Positions 38,594 to 46,177 of a stretch of DNA of 56,855 bases are shown one piece after another. The DNA comes from Patescibacteria group bacterium (GTDB lineage: Bacteria; Patescibacteriota; Microgenomatia; UBA1400; PJMF01): the NCBI GenBank assembly GCA_049322575.1, contig JBMORQ010000024.1, positions 1 to 56,855 on the forward strand, read 5' to 3'. The notes under the pieces were generated by a model that saw only the letters and a list, made by a program, of their open reading frames with translations, did no database searches and was not told where the DNA came from. The translations under genes were made by a program, and so were the position numbers. Position 1 is the first letter of the stretch. Every line of letters begins with the position of its first letter.

Positions 38594-39765
38594 AACAGCA
38601 ACCAAAAAAACATAAACAAGTTGTGCCTCTCACTTTGGCCATCGATACCTCTTGTGACGATACTTCAGCTGCAGTGGTTTTTGGCAACACAGTTTTGTCA
38701 AATGTCATTGCTTCTCAAACCCAACTGCACAAACCCTATGGGGGTGTCTTTCCAACAGTTGCCAAACAAGCACACCGTCAAAATATTGAGCGAGTGGTCG
38801 ATTTGGCAATCAAAAGAGCCAGGGTGAGTCAAAACGAGCTCTCAGCAGTGGCCGTGACACAAGGACCAGGATTGGCACCAGCGTTAGAAGTAGGTATCGA
38901 GAAAGCAAAAGAAATTGGTCAGCAACTCGATTTGCCAGTTTTTGCCATTAACCATATCGAGGGCCACGCCTTATCATCTCTAGGTAAACCAAGGCATAGA
39001 TCGAGCAAATCGATCGAACAAATTGATCACCAGGAGTTTTTTAGCCTCTTGCAGGCGCAAGGAATCTTTCCAGCCCTATCAATAGTTGTTTCAGGCGGAC
39101 ATACCGAGTTTGTTTTAATCAAAGCGATCGGCAATTACCAAGTACTCGGTGAAACTATCGACGACGCAGCTGGTGAAGCCTTGGACAAGGTGGGACGAAT
39201 GCTTGACCTGGGCTATCCCGCTGGCCCAGTTATGGAACAATTTGCCAAACTTGGAAACCCGAAACGCTTTGATTTTCCTTTACCCATGACCAACAGTCGC
39301 GATTTAAATTTGAGTTTTTCTGGTCTCAAAACCCATGCCCGAAATTTAGTCGAAAAGCTAGAGTCAGAAAACCTCTTAGACAAGCAGGCAAGTTTTGATT
39401 TTGCTGCGTCATTTCAAACAGCGGTCTTCAGGCATATTTCTCACAAATTGAACAAACTTTTACAAGAAGAGACAATTAAGAGCTTTTTGCTGGGCGGAGG
39501 CGTGGCGGCCAACATCGCCCTTCGTCAAAAAATACGCCAAACAATTCACCAAGCAACTCAGTCTCAAGCAAAAACCAAAACCCGAAATCAAAAATATAAA
39601 TTGCTCATCCCTTACAGCAAACGGCTTTGCATGGATAACGCGGCCATGATCGGTTTGGTAGCCAATTTGCGTATGGCAAGTAACCAGACGAATTCCCAGA
39701 AAATCATGCCAAACAGAAACATCGATCGCCAGCCGAGGTTGAGAATATCCTCAATTGTCCGATAA
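38590..39765 (+). CDS. tsaD: tRNA N6-adenosine threonylcarbamoyltransferase TsaD (Kae1/OSGEP family)
   Basis: LAIDTSCDDTSAAVV, HIEGH (metal-binding) and SGGHTE motifs are present. Its start forms an ATGA overlap with the upstream tsaC-tsaE fusion. Confidence 0.9.
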   Translation: MKQQPKKHKQVVPLTLAIDTSCDDTSAAVVFGNTVLSNVIASQTQLHKPYGGVFPTVAKQAHRQNIERVVDLAIKRARVSQNELSAVAVTQGPGLAPALEVGIEKAKEIGQQLDLPVFAINHIEGHALSSLGKPRHRSSKSIEQIDHQEFFSLLQAQGIFPALSIVVSGGHTEFVLIKAIGNYQVLGETIDDAAGEALDKVGRMLDLGYPAGPVMEQFAKLGNPKRFDFPLPMTNSRDLNLSFSGLKTHARNLVEKLESENLLDKQASFDFAASFQTAVFRHISHKLNKLLQEETIKSFLLGGGVAANIALRQKIRQTIHQATQSQAKTKTRNQKYKLLIPYSKRLCMDNAAMIGLVANLRMASNQTNSQKIMPNRNIDRQPRLRISSIVR

Positions 39766-39797
39766 ACAAAGCAAGCTAAAAAGACTATGCAGCAAAA

Positions 39798-39818
39798 AAG
39801 ACTTACTTCGAAATCGAT
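39798..39818 (-). repeat. Degenerate copy of the interspersed repeat family
   Basis: AAGACTTACTTCGAAATCGAT compares with TAGACTTCCCGCGAAATATGAT. Confidence 0.3.
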
Positions 39819-39873
39819 GCCTAAGTCAGAACCCTCTCCAAATATCTATGTTAGCTAAACAAATAGCACAAAC

Positions 39874-39895
39874 TAGCACAACTTCGTGCTACAAT
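39874..39895 (+). promoter_or_regulatory. Inverted repeat overlapping a candidate -10 box 7 nt upstream of the 802-aa ORF start
   Basis: TAGCAC-aacttc-GTGCTA lies at 39874-39891 and TACAAT at 39890-39895. The ATG is at 39903, so the transcript would be near-leaderless. Confidence 0.35.
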
Positions 39896-39902
39896 AGATC
39901 GA

Positions 39903-42311
39903 ATGTCAAACGTGCAGACGACACCGGTTATTGGTCTGCCCCTTAACGTCGGCTGGTCACAAGTAGTTACTAACTCTCGTGGCAGCCTGATATGTGCTTT
40001 TTCCGTTGGTGGAAACAACGCCAACAACTTGGGACGAGATATCGCCGAGGATCTAATCAACAACGAACCCCAAGGCTCCTCCGACTTACATAACACTTTG
40101 CTTGATATTTTGGCAAAAGTAAGACGTTCCAACAACCAACTACAAATTGCTTGTGTTTTATTGATAGATGGGGTCATTACCCTGGCCACACATCAAGGCT
40201 CAATCCTGTTGCGTCGAGGTAATAAAATCGGGCGTATCCTTTCTTCAGCAGCTGAGCCAAGGATTGTTGAAGGCCAATATAAACCTGAAGACCTCTACGT
40301 ACTCTGCACTCTCCAGGGTTTCCCATATCAAGAGGAAATAAAAATTAAGCTTTCTCAGGGCTTCGACGTCGATACCGTTATCACTTCAATCGTCCCCGAG
40401 CTTCATAGTCAAAATAACTCCTCGTTGTCGGCCTTTGCCTTTGTCGAGGTAAAACAACAATCGTCACCTCGGGTGGTGGAGGTCGAGACAATGCTCGAGG
40501 AAGCAGAAGCCCAGCCGCTTGCCCAACCAGCCATTACCACCATCTCTCGGCCTACGTCGGCTGCAGCTGTTGAGTCGATTACTAAACCGGATCAGTTGCA
40601 TGTAACTGAAAAACCAAGTGTTCAGACAGTTTCTCAACCGGTTTCCATGACTTCCAACCAAACATCTAGATCAGACAAAGACGTGATTACCGATCCGGTC
40701 CAACCAGCAACATTCAACAACCACATAGATCACCAAGAAACAACTCAACAAAATACCAAGAGAACAAATTTGCCTGATCAAAACCCAGTAATTCCTACCG
40801 GCATGATACAACCAGGAATAACAACTCAGCAGTTTGGCCAAGGATCATTTTCAACCCAAGTGGCTCAACCCAACTACACCGATCAAACCATGCAAACTGC
40901 CACAATTCCACTGTCTAACTCTCAAGAACAGACGAGACCGAGCAAAGAGCCACGAAGCTTTAACTTGCCTAAAATTTCTCTTTCGCCTCCCAAGATCGCT
41001 AAAACCAGCCTGGGAAAAATTGGGCAACTTAGGCAATTTCCCATGCGTGAGACCTTAAAAAAGATTGGCCTAACTGTCTTGAGCATTCTTAGAAAAATCT
41101 GGTCAAAAATCCTAATTGTCTTACAAGTCACCCTGAGCTTAATAAAGTTTTTGATTGCTAAGATCCGTCGCCAACCAGATCATCTGTCTTTCCGTGACAA
41201 AAACCACCTTCGTAACCAGCTGCGCAATCTGCTCATTGTTGCTCTGGTCTTGGTCGCTTTTGCCGTGGCTGTCTTGTGGTATCAATGGCAAAAAAATGCT
41301 GACATATCCGCAATAAACCAAGAATTAGAGCCATATAACCAACGACTAGCCGACGCCAAGAAACTTGCTGAGAGTGATGTCTTGCAGGCAAGAGCAGCCA
41401 CCAATGAAGTCATGAATGGACTACGAAGCTTAGCTGAAAAAAATCAAGACAATAAAAGACGCTTTGAGCTGGTCAAAATCAAACTACTCGAAACCCAACA
41501 ATTCTCTGATCAAATTGCCGGATTGGAGCAGATGAGCCAATTACCAGTTTTCTTCGATCTTCGACTAGTGCAAACCGGCTTCATAATCAACAAAACAGAA
41601 ATCTACGAACAAACTGGCTTTTTCCTAGACACAGAAAAAAAGCAAATCGTCAAACTCGACCTCGAAAAAAAGCAGGCGAAACTCATCTCGCTACCCGATG
41701 CAACTCCCAAACCAAAAGATATGGTTTACGGTGAACAAGCTGTCTTTCTACTCGGCGATGGAATCCGTAAAATCGCCAACAAAGGTGAGGGCAACATCAC
41801 AACTCTCAAAGAAGCCGGCGATTCAGATCGCGACGGCACAATTTTGACCAACTTCGGCAAGTATCTTTATGTCTTCAACCCTGAGAAACGAAATATCTAC
41901 CGCTATCTAATAGATGATAGCAGCCTAAGCGAGCCAATCGGCTGGCTGGTAGACAAACAAGGCTTGGATTTCGCCGAGATCAGCTCGATGACTATTGATG
42001 GTGACCTTTGGTTAACGACCAAAGGCGGTGAAATCAAGAAGTACAACAAAGGTAATCGGAGCGATTTCCAGATTATAGGGATGGAGAAGCCCTTCCAGTC
42101 CAACATTCTACTCTTTACCAAAGAAAACGTTGACAATCTCTACATAATCGAGCCTGACCAAAAACGACTTGTCATTTTGAATAAGCAGGGCCAATTTCTG
42201 CGAGAGATTAAAAGCGAGTCCTTTGCATCTGCAACCTCTCTGGTGGTCACAGAAGACAACAAAAAAGTTTTAGTGATCAGTGGCTCAATCATCTTTGAAG
42301 TTGAGATATAA
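39903..42311 (+). CDS. Large hypothetical membrane protein (802 aa) with an N-terminal globular domain, a Q/T/P/S-rich low-complexity linker, a TM helix, a coiled coil and a beta-rich C-terminal domain
   Basis: A long uninterrupted ORF with a hydrophobic helix LLIVALVLVAFAVAVLWYQW near residue 465. The C-terminal ~250 aa have repetitive beta-strand-like segments (propeller-like). No catalytic motif recognised. Confidence 0.75.
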   Translation: MSNVQTTPVIGLPLNVGWSQVVTNSRGSLICAFSVGGNNANNLGRDIAEDLINNEPQGSSDLHNTLLDILAKVRRSNNQLQIACVLLIDGVITLATHQGSILLRRGNKIGRILSSAAEPRIVEGQYKPEDLYVLCTLQGFPYQEEIKIKLSQGFDVDTVITSIVPELHSQNNSSLSAFAFVEVKQQSSPRVVEVETMLEEAEAQPLAQPAITTISRPTSAAAVESITKPDQLHVTEKPSVQTVSQPVSMTSNQTSRSDKDVITDPVQPATFNNHIDHQETTQQNTKRTNLPDQNPVIPTGMIQPGITTQQFGQGSFSTQVAQPNYTDQTMQTATIPLSNSQEQTRPSKEPRSFNLPKISLSPPKIAKTSLGKIGQLRQFPMRETLKKIGLTVLSILRKIWSKILIVLQVTLSLIKFLIAKIRRQPDHLSFRDKNHLRNQLRNLLIVALVLVAFAVAVLWYQWQKNADISAINQELEPYNQRLADAKKLAESDVLQARAATNEVMNGLRSLAEKNQDNKRRFELVKIKLLETQQFSDQIAGLEQMSQLPVFFDLRLVQTGFIINKTEIYEQTGFFLDTEKKQIVKLDLEKKQAKLISLPDATPKPKDMVYGEQAVFLLGDGIRKIANKGEGNITTLKEAGDSDRDGTILTNFGKYLYVFNPEKRNIYRYLIDDSSLSEPIGWLVDKQGLDFAEISSMTIDGDLWLTTKGGEIKKYNKGNRSDFQIIGMEKPFQSNILLFTKENVDNLYIIEPDQKRLVILNKQGQFLREIKSESFASATSLVVTEDNKKVLVISGSIIFEVEI

Positions 42312-42436
42312 AACTTGAAGATAATTCATCTGTGCTCTATACATGCTGTTTGACAAGAAATTAACTTTAGGTTTCGTGCCGCTGAGTAAATGCCAATCTG
42401 CAGCAAGCAACCCAAGAAAGACTGTTAAAATATACA

Positions 42437-42566
42437 TAGACTTCCTACGTAATAGACTTGTATGGCACTGCTACTAGTTTTGATATTTGTAAAGAATTCA
42501 TACTCGCAGGAACAAGCCTCTCTCTGAGGACAAGCAATAAAAATGCTAATACCAAGCAAGTCGAAT
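42437..42566 (+). repeat. Diverged composite copy of the interspersed repeat family upstream of smpB
   Basis: Left cores TAGACTTCCTACGTAATA (42437) and TAGACTTGTATGGCACTGC (42453) are present. The right module GCAATAAAAATGCTAATACCAAGCAAGTCGAAT (42534-42566) ends 28 nt before the smpB ATG. Confidence 0.6.
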
Positions 42567-42594
42567 GAAATAATACCCGGCAGGAAGCCATACT

Positions 42595-43038
42595 ATGCTC
42601 TTAGCGATCAATAAACGTGCAAAAAGTGAATATGAAATCAACAAAACCTACCAAGCTGGCATAGTTTTATCTGGCAGTGAAGTAAAAAGTCTCCGTAACA
42701 AGCATGCAAGTTTCCTTGGCAGTTATGTCAAAATTTTGCAAAATGAAGCCTTTTTGCTAAACGCACAAATCAATCCCTACAAATTCTCAAACAACGATGA
42801 TTACGATCCCAAACGTAGCCGTAAATTGTTACTCAAAAAACGAGAAATTCAGGGATTGATTGCTGTCAGCGACCAAAAAGGATGGGCGGTTGTACCACTC
42901 TCTTTTGAGCTTGTCGGTAATAAGATTAAACTCAATCTTGGTGTTGGAAAAGGCAAAAAAGTCTACGAAAAACGTCAAGATATCAAAAAACGAGATCTTG
43001 AGAGAGAAACTTCGAGAGAAATGAAATATCGTCTTTAG
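42595..43038 (+). CDS. smpB: SsrA-binding protein SmpB
   Basis: INKRAKSEYEI...GIVLSGSEVKSLR...RKLLLKKREI are typical SmpB motifs in a 147-aa protein. Confidence 0.93.
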   Translation: MLLAINKRAKSEYEINKTYQAGIVLSGSEVKSLRNKHASFLGSYVKILQNEAFLLNAQINPYKFSNNDDYDPKRSRKLLLKKREIQGLIAVSDQKGWAVVPLSFELVGNKIKLNLGVGKGKKVYEKRQDIKKRDLERETSREMKYRL

Positions 43039-43095
43039 CTGAGTTTGCAATACAATGGAGTGACACAATTAGAATGACATTCTGCAGGGAATTCA

Positions 43096-44661
43096 ATGAA
43101 AGCTCCAGTCAATTTCTGTTTGCGTACCGTGTCAAGTGAGCTATTTTTGCTTTTTTTGCTGCTTTTCTCATATCTTATTTTCTTGATCCAACCCATCTCC
43201 CTAACAACTACTGATTTAGGTCGCCATCTGGCAAACGGTCGAGAAATATTAGCGGCAAATCATCAAATTCTCTTTAAGAACGTTTACTCATACACCATGC
43301 CGGAACAAGCCTTCGTCAACCACCACTGGCTGAGCGGCCTGATTTTTTATCTGATTACCCTTCCAGGCAGAACCAGCCAGCTGGGCTTGGTCATGCTTCA
43401 GCTGGCATTTGCGACCCTCTCGGTCAGCACTTTTTTATTGTTTTATACTGGCATTCGCCGATTAAGCACTTGGAAGATTGCTTCGTTACTATCCCTACTA
43501 TTCGTCTTTGTTTTTGGGCATAGGACTGAGATTCGCCCCGAAGTTTTTGGTTATTTTTTCATTAGTGTCTATCTAATCATCGTCCAAAAAATTCAACAAA
43601 ATCATCAGCTTAGTCTAAGCTCAATTGTTTTGTTACTCGCCCAACAACTTCTCTGGACAAACTTGCATATTTCCTTTTTCTTTGGCCCAATGATCTTCTT
43701 CCTCTTGGTGCTTGAAAAGCTTTTCTACAGTCGATTTAAACTCACGAAAGATGTTAAGAAACTAATATTTGCCTTTATTAGCTTGATGGTTGTTTCGATT
43801 ATTAATCCCAACCATTTTTTTGGCCTATTGCAACCTTTGTCAATTTTCCATAACTACGGCTATGACGTTGTGGAAAATAAAGACTTAATTTTTCTGCTGA
43901 GTTATTTCAATATGACGTCGGTGGCAATTGTTTTATTAGCGGCAGCCTTTTGCCTCGCTTTGCTAGTTTTTTACTATAAAAAGATCCAACCTTTCTACTT
44001 GGCGTTAGCAGCAATCGGTGTTTTGCTCGGTGTCGGAGCGCTACGCAACATTACGCTTTTTATTCTGTTCTCTGGGCCATTGCTTGCCCTCGGCACACAA
44101 AACCTGCTCGATGATGTGAGAAACAAGCTCAAAATTACTTGGCAAAAGTCACAGAGCTTAATTTTCCTTGTGATTCTAGCTGTGACTATGTCACTACTCG
44201 CAAGTTCTGGCAAAATTAAAGCAAATGCTATGTTGTCCACGATTCAGCTTGGCTTAGCCACTAGTCAGGCAGAAGGAGCAATCTATTTCAAGAACAATCA
44301 GCTGAAAGGACCAATTTTCAATGACTTTGATCTGGGTAGCTACCTCATCTTCTACCTTTATCCGCAAGAAAAGGTCTTCGTTGACAATCGCCCTGAGGCT
44401 TTTTCGGTCAATTTTTTCCAAAAAACCTATATTCCCATGCAACTTGATGAAAATCTTTGGCAAGAACAATTGGCCAAATATAATTTCCAAACAATCTTTT
44501 TTCGCACGGCCGACTACACTCCTTGGGCAAGACAATTCCTGAGGAAGCGGCGTGATGATCCTGCCTGGAGAAAGGTACAAGAAAACCAGGATACTATTAT
44601 TTTTGTCAGAAACGATAAACCTAATTCCAGCCCTATGACGGGCGCGCAAACTTTCAACTGA
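43096..44661 (+). CDS. Polytopic membrane protein (521 aa), possibly a GT-C-like glycosyltransferase
   Basis: It has about 12 predicted TM helices and an early loop motif TTDLGRHLANGREI...HHWLSG. The family assignment is uncertain. Confidence 0.65.
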   Translation: MKAPVNFCLRTVSSELFLLFLLLFSYLIFLIQPISLTTTDLGRHLANGREILAANHQILFKNVYSYTMPEQAFVNHHWLSGLIFYLITLPGRTSQLGLVMLQLAFATLSVSTFLLFYTGIRRLSTWKIASLLSLLFVFVFGHRTEIRPEVFGYFFISVYLIIVQKIQQNHQLSLSSIVLLLAQQLLWTNLHISFFFGPMIFFLLVLEKLFYSRFKLTKDVKKLIFAFISLMVVSIINPNHFFGLLQPLSIFHNYGYDVVENKDLIFLLSYFNMTSVAIVLLAAAFCLALLVFYYKKIQPFYLALAAIGVLLGVGALRNITLFILFSGPLLALGTQNLLDDVRNKLKITWQKSQSLIFLVILAVTMSLLASSGKIKANAMLSTIQLGLATSQAEGAIYFKNNQLKGPIFNDFDLGSYLIFYLYPQEKVFVDNRPEAFSVNFFQKTYIPMQLDENLWQEQLAKYNFQTIFFRTADYTPWARQFLRKRRDDPAWRKVQENQDTIIFVRNDKPNSSPMTGAQTFN

Positions 44662-44888
44662 TTCGATCTCTTGCGAAATAAAAACTTCCAACGAGAACTT
44701 ATTTTTTGAGTGGAAAGAGATTTGCAGTGCCAAGCAGCTTAAAAGTTGCGCAAGTTAGCAACCAAGCCATTTCAGCGGTGACAACGGTAGCAGCAACAAA
44801 AATGGCAAAAGTTCAGCCAATCGGAACTGCTAACAAATGCTAAATTAGGCACGATGCTTTCCGGAAAGTGCATGCCAATAACAAATAC

Positions 44889-44918
44889 TTGATCTTAGCA
44901 AAGCTTTCAGCGTAGAAT
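44889..44918 (+). promoter_or_regulatory. Sigma70-type promoter of the small membrane protein gene
   Basis: TTGATC (44889-44894), an 18-nt spacer, then TAGAAT (44913-44918). An AGGAG Shine-Dalgarno lies 8 nt before the ATG at 44945. Confidence 0.55.
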
Positions 44919-44944
44919 GGAGAAAGTAAAAGGAGATACCATTT

Positions 44945-45190
44945 ATGCCAAAGAAAATATTCTGGCCTGCAGCCTTGGTCACAATGGGACTAATTTATTT
45001 AGCTTCCAATCTTGGATACATCCCAACCACTTTCTGGAACCTCTGGCCGATCATCCTGATCGTCGTCGGTTTGGGCGGTCTTGTTACCTCAGATCGTGAG
45101 GAGTGGATGGTCGACACATCCAAAAAAGTAAAAACTAGCCCTGCCCCAAAGAAAAAGACAGTAGTCAAAAGCAAAAAAGTTCGAAAATAG
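44945..45190 (+). CDS. Small membrane protein with a LiaF/LiaI-type TM domain and a lysine-rich tail
   Basis: It has two TM helices with a WPIILIVVGLGGL motif and a good SD and promoter. Confidence 0.6.
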   Translation: MPKKIFWPAALVTMGLIYLASNLGYIPTTFWNLWPIILIVVGLGGLVTSDREEWMVDTSKKVKTSPAPKKKTVVKSKKVRK

Positions 45191-45246
45191 TTTGTTTTTC
45201 GGCTCGGTTTATCAACCTAAGCTTGTCTCTGTTATAACACCAACCT

Positions 45247-45945
45247 ATGTCACAAGCATTTCAAATTGCTATTGATGGTCCTGTTGCTGCTGGTAAGGGC
45301 ACTGTTTCAAAGCTAGTGGCCGAGCGGCTCGGTTTCTTGTATGTCGACACCGGAGCAATGTATCGGGTAGCTGCTCTCTTAGCCATCAGGAACAAGCTTG
45401 AAATGTCATTGAAGTATGAAGACAAAATCGCGCAAGCTGTTGACCAAGTTGAGATCATGATGCGCAATCCTAAGGAAGATGAAGCCGATGGTCGCCTAAC
45501 AACAGTACTCGTTGACCGAGAAGACGTTTCCTGGAAGATTAGGACAGAAAAAATCGGCCTGGGTGCATCGGCAGTTTCACAGCTTTCAAAGGTCAGACAG
45601 GTTTTGGTCAAAAAACAACAAGTCATCGCCAACAACCAGAACGTTATCATGGAAGGTCGTGACATCACATATCGAGTTTTACCTAATGCTCAGCTTAAAA
45701 TCTTTCTGACAGCATCAGACACAGTTCGGGCAAAACGCCGATACACCCAGCTTCTTGTTAAGGGTCAGGACACAGATTTTGAGCAGGTTTACCACGATAT
45801 GTCCCAAAGAGACAAAAACGATCTAGAACGAGCCAACGATCCCTTGAAAATCGTCGATGAAGCCTGGGTTATTGACACCTCTGATTTAGAAATAGACAAG
45901 GTGGTAGATTTAATTTGTGCTAAAGCCAAATTAATGATGGAATAA
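45247..45945 (+). CDS. cmk: Cytidylate kinase
   Basis: IAIDGPVAAGKGTVSKLVAERLGFLYVDTGAMYR is the canonical Cmk N-terminus. Confidence 0.92.
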   Translation: MSQAFQIAIDGPVAAGKGTVSKLVAERLGFLYVDTGAMYRVAALLAIRNKLEMSLKYEDKIAQAVDQVEIMMRNPKEDEADGRLTTVLVDREDVSWKIRTEKIGLGASAVSQLSKVRQVLVKKQQVIANNQNVIMEGRDITYRVLPNAQLKIFLTASDTVRAKRRYTQLLVKGQDTDFEQVYHDMSQRDKNDLERANDPLKIVDEAWVIDTSDLEIDKVVDLICAKAKLMME

Positions 45946-45952
45946 TTTTCCC

Positions 45953-46177
45953 ATGAAAAATGCTCGGAAGAACTCTCCTCAAGAACTTCATCGCATCCAA
46001 GAAGAAATCGAGCGCGACGAAAAACTGATTGAAGAGTCAAGGAAAAAAACAGCCCGACGTCGTAAACAAAAAGAAATAATCTCAGAAAAGCCTAGCTCGT
46101 GGGAAAGGGTCTTTGCACACCTAATCTTGATTGCCACCGTTGCAATCTCCTACTTGATCATGCTCTTAGCGAATTGA
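45953..46177 (+). CDS. Hypothetical small tail-anchored membrane protein (74 aa)
   Basis: A charged N-terminal part is followed by one C-terminal TM helix. It starts 8 nt after the cmk stop and its 3' end overlaps the convergent PBP gene by 12 nt. Confidence 0.4.
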   Translation: MKNARKNSPQELHRIQEEIERDEKLIEESRKKTARRRKQKEIISEKPSSWERVFAHLILIATVAISYLIMLLAN

